Source of the DNA: an uncultured Gammaproteobacteria bacterium
GTDB taxonomy: Bacteria > Pseudomonadota > Gammaproteobacteria > UBA9214
Direction: 5' to 3'
Assembly: GCA_963710815.1 (NCBI GenBank)
Contig: CAVQCA010000135.1
Location: 1,768-65,767, forward strand
Length of the DNA stretch: 64,000 bases
Position 1 is the stretch's first letter. Every line of letters begins with the position of its first letter. Below, in pieces: positions 46,756-56,108 of this stretch. The translations under genes and the position numbers were made by a program. Below the pieces are notes generated by a model. That model did no database searches and had not been told where the DNA came from. It saw only the letters and a list, made by a program, of their open reading frames with translations.

Positions 46756-48083
46756 TTCACACCTCCGGCAAGATAGAGTAGCCTGGCCTGCGCCTTGGCG
46801 CGGTCGACCCGTATCCGCAGGGCATCGAGTTGCGCATCCAGATCGGTGATGCGGGCGCGCATCAGGGTGGTGAATTCGGTTACGCCGCTTTGATAGGCGT
46901 TCAGCGCGGCTTCGGCATTGGCGTCCGCTTCACGCAGCAGCCGTGATTTGTACAATGCCGCGCGTTCGCCGAGCCGCTGCCAGTTGGCGTATTCCGTGTC
47001 CAGCATCGCTTTCAGTTTCCGCAATCGGTCAGCGCGGGTGTAGCGGGCCGCCTCGGCCTGCTGCAGGCTTGCGGCGAGCCGGCGATCCTGTCGTTGTCCG
47101 GGGAACAGCGGCAGGTGGATGCTGACCATGGCCGTCAGCATGTCCGGGCGGCTGCTGCCGGCCGTGTCCTCGCCGTAGCGCTGGCCGTAGGCGACGCCGA
47201 TGTTCCAGTCGGGTTTGTACTGTTCGCGGGCGATTCGCACGCCCCGGGTGTCGGACTCGATTTGGGCGGTTTCCGCGCGAATGGCCGGGTGATCGGACAG
47301 GGCGGCCGCCAGCTCGGCCCTGGCCGGCAGCGCCGGCAGCGTCGGAAACTTCGTATCGAGGGGGCGGGCTGCGGCCGTGTCCAGCCATTTTCCGAGGGCG
47401 GCCCGGTTGTCTTCAAGGTTGTTCTTGATTTGCGTGGCGCGGTCATCGAGGCGCGCGAGCTCCAGTGAGGCGCTGAGGACGTCCTGCTGGTTGGCGCGGC
47501 CCGTCGCATACTGGTCGCGGGTGATCTGGACAAGCTGGGCGAACAGGCCGCGGCTTTTCGACACGATGCGCCCGGCCTGCGTCTGGTAGTAGAGTTCGAG
47601 ATAGCTGCTGCGCACATCGCGCAACAGTTTGAGCGTGTCGTCCCGGGTATTTGCCCGCTCGGCGGCGGATTTCCATTCGCCCTGCTGCCGGCGGTAACGC
47701 AGCGTATTGCCGGGCGGGAACGACTGTTCGATCCCCACGACCAGCTGGGTCATCGGCTCCTGGTTCAGCTTGAAGGTGTCCAGCGGCAGGTTGGCGACGC
47801 CGGCCTTCATGCTGGGATCGGGCAGCTGCCCGGCGGCCACGGCCTCCTCGCCGAGGGCCTGCGTGCGCGCGCGGCCGGCGGCGATGACAGGATCGGCGCC
47901 GATGGCGATCTGTTCCGCCTCGCTCAGTTTCAGTACCCCGGCGGCGTGCGCCGCGGAGAGGGCTAACAGCGCGAGTCCCAGGCCGGCGGTCCGGGCAGTC
48001 ACTGGGTGTCTGTCACACTGGTTGACGGTTGTCGGCATGAAATGCCAGCGCGACAACCGGCGGTTCGATCGAATGTGCCACAT
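46752..48083 (-). CDS. cusC: outer membrane efflux factor CusC/TolC family
   Basis: TolC-like OEP repeats. The start is uncertain (ATG at 48149, 48083 or 48038); 48083 has a GGAG 7 nt upstream. Confidence 0.8.
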   Translation of the reverse strand: MWHIRSNRRLSRWHFMPTTVNQCDRHPVTARTAGLGLALLALSAAHAAGVLKLSEAEQIAIGADPVIAAGRARTQALGEEAVAAGQLPDPSMKAGVANLPLDTFKLNQEPMTQLVVGIEQSFPPGNTLRYRRQQGEWKSAAERANTRDDTLKLLRDVRSSYLELYYQTQAGRIVSKSRGLFAQLVQITRDQYATGRANQQDVLSASLELARLDDRATQIKNNLEDNRAALGKWLDTAAARPLDTKFPTLPALPARAELAAALSDHPAIRAETAQIESDTRGVRIAREQYKPDWNIGVAYGQRYGEDTAGSSRPDMLTAMVSIHLPLFPGQRQDRRLAASLQQAEAARYTRADRLRKLKAMLDTEYANWQRLGERAALYKSRLLREADANAEAALNAYQSGVTEFTTLMRARITDLDAQLDALRIRVDRAKAQARLLYLAGGVK

Positions 48084-48163
48084 GGCGAGTCTCCATAGAA
48101 TGAATTCCGCGCAGCAGATGCCTGAGGCCTGCCGCAAGCGCCGCAGCATGGTGAGCTGCGAAT

Positions 48164-48562
48164 TCAGCCCGGGATGGAGACGGGAGGTCGAAGGGGCGGC
48201 GTCAGGGAATGCTGGCTAAAGACCGGGGACATCGTGGCATGCCGCGCTGCGGTGTGCGGGAATGGCAATATCCACGGGGAGGGGGGAATGGCAACGGTGG
48301 TATGAATACAGGTGCACCCACTCCCGCAGCAGGTTCCGTTGCAGCTCCGGTGGCAGTCATGGTCGCCGGGGTGGCTGCCCGGCGAGTGCATGCCGTGCGC
48401 CATCTGCATGCAATGGTGTTCGGAGGGTGCCGTGGACAACGTGATACGGGCGAGCGCACCACGCAACGGCGCCGCCGCCAGCGCGAGGGCGAAAAGAAAA
48501 AGCAACAACCGGTGGAAAGTCCCCGCCATGGAGAACAGAGTAGCGCTGATGCTCTGGAACAA
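48164..48562 (-). CDS. candidate small membrane/periplasmic His-Cys-rich protein upstream of cusC (CzcI/DUF2946-like?)
   Basis: Hydrophobic N-terminus MAGTFHRLLLFLFALALAAAP and the motif HHCMQMAHGMHSPGSHPGDHDCHRSCNGTCCGSGCTC. High third-position GC, but the leucine codons are atypical. Speculative. Confidence 0.3.
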   Translation of the reverse strand: MFQSISATLFSMAGTFHRLLLFLFALALAAAPLRGALARITLSTAPSEHHCMQMAHGMHSPGSHPGDHDCHRSCNGTCCGSGCTCIHTTVAIPPSPWILPFPHTAARHATMSPVFSQHSLTPPLRPPVSIPG

Positions 48563-48647
48563 TCAAGCTGCCCCAGTGGTTGATTATTGTTATCTGGCAG
48601 TCTGTTGCGTCATAGTATCGGTGAGCGTCAAGGGTAAGGGGCGGGCG

Positions 48648-49259
48648 ATGAGCGGGTGCGGAGACTGTTGCGGAAGCGATCTGATCAGGGCGACGGCCGC
48701 CGAGCGGCGCACGCTCACCATCGTCATGTTGCTGAACGCGGCGATGTTCATGGCAGAGTTTTACGCCGGCCTGCTGGCCGGTTCCACGGCGCTGCTTGCC
48801 GATTCCCTGGACATGCTGGCCGATGCCCTGGTCTATGCGCTGGGGCTGTTCGCCCTGGGGCGTGCGGCGCACTGGCGCGCCCGCGCCGCCCTCACCAGCG
48901 GTATGTTCCAGCTGGCGCTGGGTCTGGGTGTGGGGGTTGAGGCCGGGGTGAAGATGTTCGTCGACGGTCTTCCCGACACCACTACCATGGGGGTGTTCGG
49001 CGTCATCGCCCTGCTGGTCAACAGCGTTTGCTTCCTGCTGCTCTCGCGCTTTCGCGCCGGCGACATCAACCTGCGGGCGACCTGGATCTGTTCGCGCAAT
49101 GACATGCTCGGCAATGCCGGGGTGCTGGTCGCGGCCGGGCTGGTTGCCTGGCGAAACGCCCTCTGGCCCGACATCGTGATTGGCCTGTTGATCGCGGCGG
49201 TCGTGGTCCGTTCCGCCGTGCGGGTTATTCGCGAGGCGCGGGAGGAGTTGTCCGGTTAA
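48648..49259 (+). CDS. cation diffusion facilitator (CDF) transporter, transmembrane domain only
   Basis: 204 aa starting MSGCGDCCGSD (Cys cluster). Six TM helices with CDF signature residues (LLADSLDMLADAL, SRNDMLGNAGVLVAAG). No C-terminal cytoplasmic domain, since phoB starts 79 bp downstream. Confidence 0.7.
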   Translation: MSGCGDCCGSDLIRATAAERRTLTIVMLLNAAMFMAEFYAGLLAGSTALLADSLDMLADALVYALGLFALGRAAHWRARAALTSGMFQLALGLGVGVEAGVKMFVDGLPDTTTMGVFGVIALLVNSVCFLLLSRFRAGDINLRATWICSRNDMLGNAGVLVAAGLVAWRNALWPDIVIGLLIAAVVVRSAVRVIREAREELSG

Positions 49260-49337
49260 ACAGAGTGCTCATAAATATAGCAATAACATCACCCACCCGG
49301 GTTTCTCCCCTGCGAATAACTGTGGCACCATTCCTTC

Positions 49338-50024
49338 ATGGCCAGGCAACTGATACTCCTCATCGAGGATGACGAAGACATACGCGAGCTGCTCGTCTAC
49401 AACCTCGAGAAGAACGGCTACGCGGTCGAGGCGGTGGAAACCGGGGAAGACGGCCTCGCCAGCGCCGGCGGGCGCAAACCCGACCTGATACTGCTCGATC
49501 TCATGCTGCCCGGCGTGGATGGACTGTCGGTGTGCCGCAGACTCAAGGAAAGCAAGGTGACGCATGAGGTACCCATCATCATCGTCTCGGCCAAGGGGGA
49601 GGAGACGGATGTCATCACCGGGCTGGAACTGGGCGCGGATGATTATCTGGCCAAACCGTTCAGCCCGAACATCCTCCTGTCACGGGTGCGTGCGGTGCTG
49701 CGACGCAGCAGCCAGAGCCTGCCGGGCGAAGCCGCCGTCCTCAGGGTGCATGAGCTGGTCATCGACCCGAAAAAGTTCAAGGCCACCCTGGACGGACAGA
49801 ACCTGGATCTGACCGCGAGCGAGTTCCGCATCCTCTACTACCTGGCTTCCCACCAGGGCTGGGTGTTCACGCGTTACCAGATCATGGACGCCATCCGCGG
49901 CGAGGGCTATGTCGTGACGGAGCGGGCCATCGACGTCCAGATTGCCGGATTGCGCAAGAAGCTGGGCAATCACTCAGCCTATATAGAAACCGTGCGTGGC
50001 GTCGGCTATCGCTTCCTCGAGTGA
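49338..50024 (+). CDS. phoB: phosphate regulon response regulator PhoB
   Basis: The REC domain (LILLIEDDEDIREL..LILLDLMLPGVDGL) and winged-helix domain match PhoB. Followed by phoR and phoU. Confidence 0.85.
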   Translation: MARQLILLIEDDEDIRELLVYNLEKNGYAVEAVETGEDGLASAGGRKPDLILLDLMLPGVDGLSVCRRLKESKVTHEVPIIIVSAKGEETDVITGLELGADDYLAKPFSPNILLSRVRAVLRRSSQSLPGEAAVLRVHELVIDPKKFKATLDGQNLDLTASEFRILYYLASHQGWVFTRYQIMDAIRGEGYVVTERAIDVQIAGLRKKLGNHSAYIETVRGVGYRFLE

Positions 50025-51439
50025 AGACGGGAAAAATACCCCGCAAGCATTCCCTCTGGCTGTACTACGGCCTGTCGGTCGCTATCGCCGTGGCGGCCCT
50101 GCTCGCCGTCACCTGGTATGTGGCGGACCGATTCCGGGATTTTTTCATCGATCAACTCGAAACCACGCTGGAGGCCCGGGCGCGCAGGATAGCCGACGAC
50201 ATCCGCCCGGATGATGTGAAAACCGGAGGGTTCGACACCCGTTGCCTTGCCCTGAGGGGCACCGATCCGACAATCCGCGTTACCGTGATCGACGATCAGG
50301 GTGTCGTGCTGTGCGACTCGGACGCCGACCACCTCGCCATGGAGAACCATCGGGGGCGACCGGAAATCATCCAGGCACTGAACGGCCACACCGCTTCGAT
50401 AATCCGCTTCAGCAAGACCCTGCAGACCACGCTGCTCTATGTCGCGGTGCCGCTGGATCTCGGGCATTCGAGGTGGGTGGTGCGCACCGCCCTGTCGCTG
50501 TCATCGATCAATCATCTGCTCAATGAACTCTTCAACAAGCTGCTTTTCCTGCTGCTCGCGCTGATCACCATCATCTTCGGTGTCGGCGTCTACGTCTACC
50601 GCAAGATCGACCCGCCGCTGGAGGAGATACGGCTTGGCGCCGAGCGCTTTGCCCACGGACGGTTCGCCGCGAAGCTGCCTGATTACCAGGTAAGGGAAAT
50701 CGCGGAGCTCGCGACCGCGCTGAACCAGATGGCGACCCAGCTCGACAGCCTGGAAAATCTGCGCCGTGAGTTCGTCGCCAATGTATCGCACGAACTGAAG
50801 ACGCCGGTAACATCAATCCACGGGTTTGCGGAGACCCTGCTGGACGGCGCGAAAAACAATCCGGAAGACCTCGAGCGTTTCCTGCAGATCATCGTCAGGC
50901 AGTCCGCCCGCCTGGCAGATATCATCGACGATCTGCTGACCCTGTCGCGGCTGGAAAGCGCTCCGCTCGACGAGCTGCTGGCCATCGATCGCTACGACCT
51001 GTGCGACATCCTGGAATCCGGCCGTGATGCCTGCCACAGCCGGGCGGAGAAAAAGGACATCGGGATCATCATCGATTGTCCCGGTACGATCGAGGTCATG
51101 GCCGACCGCTCGCTGCTCACTCAGGCGGTGATCAATCTCATCGAAAACGCCGTCAAATACAGCCCCGAACACACTACCGTCACGGTGTCCGGTTCGCGGC
51201 AGACGCAGCGGGTGCGCATCACCGTCACCGACCAGGGGCCGGGGATTGCGGAGCACCACATACCGCGCCTCTTCGAGCGTTTCTACCGTGCCGACAAGGC
51301 GCGCAGCCGCAGGCTCGGCGGGACCGGCCTCGGGCTGGCCATCGTCAAGCACATCGCCGGCGTGCACCGGGGCGAGGTGGACGTGGTGACCCAGATCGGC
51401 CACGGCAGCACCTTCATCATCCTTCTGCCGGGCGTCTAG
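50021..51439 (+). CDS. phoR: phosphate regulon sensor histidine kinase PhoR
   Basis: N-terminal TM, PAS-like linker, H-box VSHELKTPVTSIHGF and HATPase domain. 4-bp overlap with phoB. Confidence 0.85.
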   Translation: MKTGKIPRKHSLWLYYGLSVAIAVAALLAVTWYVADRFRDFFIDQLETTLEARARRIADDIRPDDVKTGGFDTRCLALRGTDPTIRVTVIDDQGVVLCDSDADHLAMENHRGRPEIIQALNGHTASIIRFSKTLQTTLLYVAVPLDLGHSRWVVRTALSLSSINHLLNELFNKLLFLLLALITIIFGVGVYVYRKIDPPLEEIRLGAERFAHGRFAAKLPDYQVREIAELATALNQMATQLDSLENLRREFVANVSHELKTPVTSIHGFAETLLDGAKNNPEDLERFLQIIVRQSARLADIIDDLLTLSRLESAPLDELLAIDRYDLCDILESGRDACHSRAEKKDIGIIIDCPGTIEVMADRSLLTQAVINLIENAVKYSPEHTTVTVSGSRQTQRVRITVTDQGPGIAEHHIPRLFERFYRADKARSRRLGGTGLGLAIVKHIAGVHRGEVDVVTQIGHGSTFIILLPGV

Positions 51440-51686
51440 ACCTGTTCAGGGGTTGGCTCCGGCCCGGCGGCCTGATCGATGTCGTAATGCGGGTGTCACA
51501 GGAAACCTGTACTATCATCATTGCTACCTGCTTCATACCGCATGGTGTCATGCGGTGTTCGGGCCTTTCCACCCGGAATTCCTGTTAGTGCTTGGCAAAA
51601 CGGGGCGGATATTCCAGAATTTCGCGAACGCATGACCGGACCACAGGGCGCCTTGGCCGAGGCAATCGGGGAGAATAGACGTGACT

Positions 51687-52364
51687 ATGCATTTTCAAAG
51701 AGAAGTGGATTACCTGAACCAGCATCTGGTTGCGATCGCCAAACGGGTCGAGGACCAGGTGAACATGGCTTTCAATTCCGCCTTGCAGATGGACGTGGAG
51801 ACTGCCAGAAAGGTGATCGATGGCGACGCGGAAGTCGACAATGTCGAGGTGATGATGGAGGAGGAGTGCCTGAAACTGCTGGCGCTCTATCAGCCGGTCG
51901 CCAATGACCTGCGCCTGATCGTGGCGGTGCTGAAGATCAACAACGATCTGGAGCGCATCGGTGACCACGCCAAAAATATGGCCCAGATCGTGGTGAGCAT
52001 GGCCGAGGGTGAGCCCCTGAAAATCTCCGACAGGATGATCACCATTTTCGACAAGACCAAGCTGATGCTGCGCAAGGCGCTGCTCGCTTTCACGGAACTC
52101 GACCGCGAGCTTGCGGAGTCCGTGCTTGCCATGGACGACGAGGTGGACAGTATGTGCAAGGCCGAACTGCCTCTGCAGATCGATATGATCAAGAGCGAAC
52201 CCGATCTTACCGGACAGCACCTGATGCTGTTGTCGGTGTGCCGCCAGCTGGAACGCATCGGCGATCATGCCTCCAATATCGCGGAGGACATCATCTACCT
52301 GCTTTCCGGTGAAATCATCCGGCATAGCATCAGCGGTTCGTTGACACGCGCCCCTTCCTGCTGA
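51687..52364 (+). CDS. phoU: phosphate signaling complex protein PhoU
   Basis: Two PhoU repeats each with the ERIGDHA motif. 226 aa. Confidence 0.85.
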   Translation: MHFQREVDYLNQHLVAIAKRVEDQVNMAFNSALQMDVETARKVIDGDAEVDNVEVMMEEECLKLLALYQPVANDLRLIVAVLKINNDLERIGDHAKNMAQIVVSMAEGEPLKISDRMITIFDKTKLMLRKALLAFTELDRELAESVLAMDDEVDSMCKAELPLQIDMIKSEPDLTGQHLMLLSVCRQLERIGDHASNIAEDIIYLLSGEIIRHSISGSLTRAPSC

Positions 52365-52422
52365 GGCCGGGACTATCGGCAGTTCTGCCGCCACGACGAC
52401 CATACAATTACGGTTAATATTC

Positions 52423-52441
52423 GGTGTGCTTCCGTGGCCAT
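52423..52441. repeat. fragment of MITE family A (GGTGTGCTTCCGTGGCCAT)
   Basis: Matches the right inner repeat of the copies at 389..542 and 59049..59208. Confidence 0.4.
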
Positions 52442-52601
52442 CTATTCCACTGTTATCAAGTAAGCACCCGTCGGGTCATGCCCGGTAATTCCCGTTGACG
52501 GTGTGCCCCCGTGACGAAGAAATAACGCGGGCGACACGGTTTCCTAACAATCCGCGGTTAACCTCAGAAGATAAGACAATATTCTGCGAGGTGACGGGGC
52601 G

Positions 52602-52796
52602 ATGAAATTGTTCATCAAGGAATGGCCAAACAAGACGGCCACGATAATGACGGAAAACGGTCAGGTCGTGTGGACGTTCAGCAACCGGGAAATTGCGCAG
52701 CATGCCTGCCATGAGTGGTTCAGGACGCTGGCGGAAAAGGTGGAATACTGCGAAATCCTTGACGAGGAAGATCTGACACAGACCTGTATGGCCTGA
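52602..52796 (+). CDS. hypothetical small protein
   Basis: 64 aa with a GAGGTGA RBS 7 nt upstream of the ATG. No family recognised. Confidence 0.35.
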   Translation: MKLFIKEWPNKTATIMTENGQVVWTFSNREIAQHACHEWFRTLAEKVEYCEILDEEDLTQTCMA

Positions 52797-52822
52797 GGCC
52801 CGCGCTTGTCGTGCCGTCAGGG

Positions 52823-53767
52823 TCAGCCGGTGGTGTTCAGGAGCCCCTGACCTTCGAAGTGTTCGAAGATCAGCCCGGCGGGCAGATCGACCGGGGAAAT
52901 ATACACCTCCGTGTGGCCGGTGCGGCTCAGCAGGCAGTCGAGGAAGATCAGGCCGGTCAATATTTCCGCCATGTCGCCGCTGCTCTGTTTCAGCGCATCG
53001 AACTCCGGTTTTAGCAATCCCTGTACTTCATCGAGTTTGGCGGACACCGACGCCGCGGACAGGCGGGTTTCCCTGACGTGTTCCTCGCTCTGACCGGTGA
53101 TGAATGCGGCGCAGGCGCTCGCCGAGAGAGCGATGAGCTTCTCCGTCCCGGAAGGCAGACGGATATGCCGTTTCAGGAAGCCCCGGTAGATCTCGGTGGC
53201 CTCGCCGATGCTGTAGGCCGCCAGGATGTAATCTTCATAGGCCCTGACGTACCCGGTATCGAGATAGATGGTGGAAATTCCGGTATCCACCTTCCAGGTG
53301 ACCTGGCAGCTCTGACTGCGCAATTTGCAGACCAGCCGGTTCGGCAAGCCGCGGGTCGCGGCCAGATAGCCAAGCGCACCTTCGCGTTGTTCGTTCACGA
53401 TCTCCATCGCGATGCCCTCGGCCCTGGCGAGGTCGAGCAACTCCCAGGCATTGGCCGCCCGGCCGACGGCCGCGGTGGCCGCCGCGACGATCCGGGAGAC
53501 GCCGAGGTGGGTACTGCAACTGTGCAAATCGGCCAGCACGGCGCCGATCTCGGTGAGCTTGCCGGTGCTGATCCGGCCCTTGTTCCGGGCAATGTCCGCA
53601 CCCAGATCCAGCGGTGCATGACAGATGGATTTGGTGATGATACGGTTGCCGTGCCGGTAACCGCACACCAGTGTAAACACCTTGCTGCCCATGTCGATGG
53701 CGCATACCGCGTCGGTATCGGCGACGGGAAGTTTCTCCAGCGGTTCGGTTATTTCCAGATACGACAT
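52823..53767 (-). CDS. Ppx/GppA-family phosphatase (N-terminal ASKHA domains only)
   Basis: 314 aa with two actin-like ATPase subdomains (DMGSKVFTL, GAVLADL...AATAAVGRAANA). The HD-domain tail is absent. Confidence 0.7.
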   Translation of the reverse strand: MSYLEITEPLEKLPVADTDAVCAIDMGSKVFTLVCGYRHGNRIITKSICHAPLDLGADIARNKGRISTGKLTEIGAVLADLHSCSTHLGVSRIVAAATAAVGRAANAWELLDLARAEGIAMEIVNEQREGALGYLAATRGLPNRLVCKLRSQSCQVTWKVDTGISTIYLDTGYVRAYEDYILAAYSIGEATEIYRGFLKRHIRLPSGTEKLIALSASACAAFITGQSEEHVRETRLSAASVSAKLDEVQGLLKPEFDALKQSSGDMAEILTGLIFLDCLLSRTGHTEVYISPVDLPAGLIFEHFEGQGLLNTTG

Positions 53768-54071
53768 GTCATGGCCGGATACAGTGAGAGTGAGGGTAGT
53801 TTGCCCGCTGAATGTTAGGCGCTGATGAGGGTTGGCGCCCGTTACGCCAGCGCGTCAATAGTTCATGATACACCCCCGGCGTTCTGGTGGTACGGCTATG
53901 GGGCTGCTCGGTCACTGAAACGCTCATACGCAGGTGCCGCCTTCCATCGTGTGTTTTGCTGGCAGCCCGTGGAAACAGATTCGGCGCACAGCAGCCAGGC
54001 ACCGCCGCCGTGTAAAACCGGCTGCCGAGGCGGGGATTCCCGGCCCCGACACGCATGTGAAAACGGTGAAT

Positions 54072-54356
54072 TCAGGTGATGCTGCGTGCCCCCGGCCGGT
54101 TCGGCATGCTGCGCAGCGCGGCATGGTCTTCCCTGAAGGGCGCGGCCTTCAACACCTCGGCGGCGGTGGCTTCGATCACGGTGCGCGCCCAGTCGGGCAG
54201 GTCGGGATTGAGGCGGTAATACACCCACTGGCCGGCGCGGCGGTCGAGTACGATGTCCTGTGCGCGCAGAACGGCCAGATGCCGCGAGATCTTGGGTTGG
54301 ATGGTGTTCAGGGCATGGGTCAGCTCGCAGACACATAATTCCCCTTCGCACTGCAT
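54072..54356 (-). CDS. ArsR/SmtB-family transcriptional regulator (N-terminus extends upstream of the first ATG)
   Basis: The winged HTH ELCVCELTHALNTIQPKISRHLAVLRAQDIVLDRRAGQWVYYRL is present. The in-frame upstream sequence encodes LLADITRLRAILL (the conserved ArsR helix) but has no ATG/GTG/TTG before a stop at 54420-54422. Confidence 0.7.
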   Translation of the reverse strand: MQCEGELCVCELTHALNTIQPKISRHLAVLRAQDIVLDRRAGQWVYYRLNPDLPDWARTVIEATAAEVLKAAPFREDHAALRSMPNRPGARSIT

Positions 54357-54440
54357 GAGAAGGATCGCACGCAGGCGTGTGATATCCGCCAGTAGTGCGG
54401 AAAAGACCGTCAGGAGTAACTATCATGGCCATGTCTGTAC

Positions 54441-54472
54441 GATATATCATGTATACGTTCAATCATATATAT
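54441..54472. promoter_or_regulatory. AT-rich imperfect inverted repeat (GATATATCAT ... ATCATATATA) upstream of the arsR-family gene
   Basis: 8/10 matching arms in the divergent region between the arsR-family gene and the 92-aa ORF. Candidate ArsR-type operator. Confidence 0.3.
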
Positions 54473-54577
54473 TTTGGCGGGTGCAGACAGCGCTCCGTGT
54501 GGCGTTTCCAGGAATGCTATGCTTGGTCGTCAGGGTACTTTAGAACGCGATACGACGTCTCAACCCGGGGGAAAGGC

Positions 54578-54856
54578 ATGATGGAATTATCCAAAGAAGA
54601 AGGCGTCATCATGGCGCTGGAAGAAAGGTTCGAGAAGCAGAGGCTGCCGCGGTTGCTGGCGCTCAAGGACAAGGTTGACACGGGCGGGGTGCTCGACGAC
54701 CCGGAGATCGCCTTCCTGGAACAGGTGATCAACGATGCCATGCACAGCAAGTCCCTGATGGATCGGCACCCGGAATGGCAGGAGTTCTGTGCCTACGTCG
54801 TCCATCTCTATGAAGAAATCACCGAAAAGGCACTCAAGAACGAAGAGGGTCGCTAG
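54578..54856 (+). CDS. hypothetical protein
   Basis: 92 aa acidic protein with a GGGGAAAGG RBS. Its TAG stop lies at the boundary with MITE B copy 2. Confidence 0.4.
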   Translation: MMELSKEEGVIMALEERFEKQRLPRLLALKDKVDTGGVLDDPEIAFLEQVINDAMHSKSLMDRHPEWQEFCAYVVHLYEEITEKALKNEEGR

Positions 54857-54937
54857 GAGCCTGTCGGATTCAGGTGATCGTAGCGAGCAGTACAGGGGAC
54901 AGTAACCGGGTAGATCAACCCCGGGCCCGACAGATCT
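54855..54937. mobile_element. MITE family B copy 2 (short, right terminus degenerate)
   Basis: AGGAGCCTGTCGGATTCAGGTGATCGTAGCGAGCAG...CCCGACAGATCT. Flanking CTAG motifs provide the stop codons of the converging genes on both strands (54578..54856 on + and glk on −). Confidence 0.6.
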
Positions 54938-55928
54938 AGGGATTCCCGGCAAAGACGGCCGGACCGTAGAGCGCCGTGCGCTCGTTGAGAATCACCCGCA
55001 CCGGCATCTGCTCCAGCAGACCCTGCATGCGGCCCTTGGCGCGGAAGGCGGCCATGAAGGTGCCGCTCTCCAGTTGCTCGAGGATCTTCGGCGCGATGCC
55101 GCCGCCGAGGTACACCCCGCCGCTTGCCATCATCTTGAGCGCCAGGTCGCCGGCCTCGACGCCGTAGAGGTGGACGAAAAGTTCCAGCGCCTCCACGCAG
55201 AGCGTATCGAGTCCGGACTGTGCGGCGCGGGAGATAGCGGCGGCCGGGTCGTTTTCCTGCATATCGTCTCTCAGCCAGTCCGCCACGGCGTGTTTGCGGT
55301 AGTGAACCAGGAAGTCGTGGATGTTCACCAGCCCGGGACCCGAGACCAGCCTCTCCCAGCTTGCATGTCCGTAGCGCGCCATCAGAAAGCGCAGCAACTC
55401 GATTTCCAGATCGCTCCCGGGGCTGAAACCGGCGTGGCCGCCCTCGGTGGCGAAGGGTCGGAAGTGAGCCCCGTCACGGAACAGGCCGGCTTCGCCCAGG
55501 CCGGTGCCGGCCGCGATGATGGCGGCGTTGCCGACGGGATCCTCGACACCGGTGTTGAGGGTGTGGAAATCCTTTTCATCGAGGGCGCTCAGGCCCCAGG
55601 CGTTGGCTTCCAGGTCATTCAGCAGGGCGACCCGCGGGATGTGAAAACGCGCGGCGATCTCCCTGGCGCTGATGTGCCAGGGCAGGTTGGTCACGTTCAC
55701 CGTGTTGCCTCGCACCGGCCCGGCGATGCCGAACGAGGCGGCGTCCGGCCGCGCCTCCCCGGCGTTCAGGAAGTCATCGATGATGTCGTTCAGCGAGGCG
55801 TAGTCACCGCTGGGATATGTGCGCTCGACCAGGTTCTCCAGATGCGTGCCCGTCACATCGAACACGGCCAGCCGTGTTTTTGTTCCGCCGATGTCGCCCG
55901 ACAGTACCCGTCGCGTGTTGTTCGCCAT
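54936..55928 (-). CDS. glk: glucokinase
   Basis: 330 aa. The motifs LSGDIGGTKTRLAV, GIAGPV and ALLNDLEANAW match Glk of the ROK-like/glucokinase family. Confidence 0.85.
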   Translation of the reverse strand: MANNTRRVLSGDIGGTKTRLAVFDVTGTHLENLVERTYPSGDYASLNDIIDDFLNAGEARPDAASFGIAGPVRGNTVNVTNLPWHISAREIAARFHIPRVALLNDLEANAWGLSALDEKDFHTLNTGVEDPVGNAAIIAAGTGLGEAGLFRDGAHFRPFATEGGHAGFSPGSDLEIELLRFLMARYGHASWERLVSGPGLVNIHDFLVHYRKHAVADWLRDDMQENDPAAAISRAAQSGLDTLCVEALELFVHLYGVEAGDLALKMMASGGVYLGGGIAPKILEQLESGTFMAAFRAKGRMQGLLEQMPVRVILNERTALYGPAVFAGNP

Positions 55929-56108
55929 GTCGCTGGTCTCCGTTGCGCTGGCCGGGAAAGAGATTTCGGGATTGTGACACACTGGCGGTGTTACGGTAAT
56001 CCGTTATCCAGTCAGGCCGGGTCAACAGCTCCGGATGACCACGTCGACGCCCCATGAGCGTGTTGTCGGGCAGATCCTGTAGTGAATGCTCCGCGCCCGC
56101 CGGGATAA

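Noticed and set aside
49260-49337. Pho box upstream of phoB (CTGCGAATAACTGTGGCAC)
   Set aside because: Only a loose match (CTG..CTGT with 10-bp rather than 11-bp periodicity, and non-consensus half sites). Not strong enough to call without a matrix scan.
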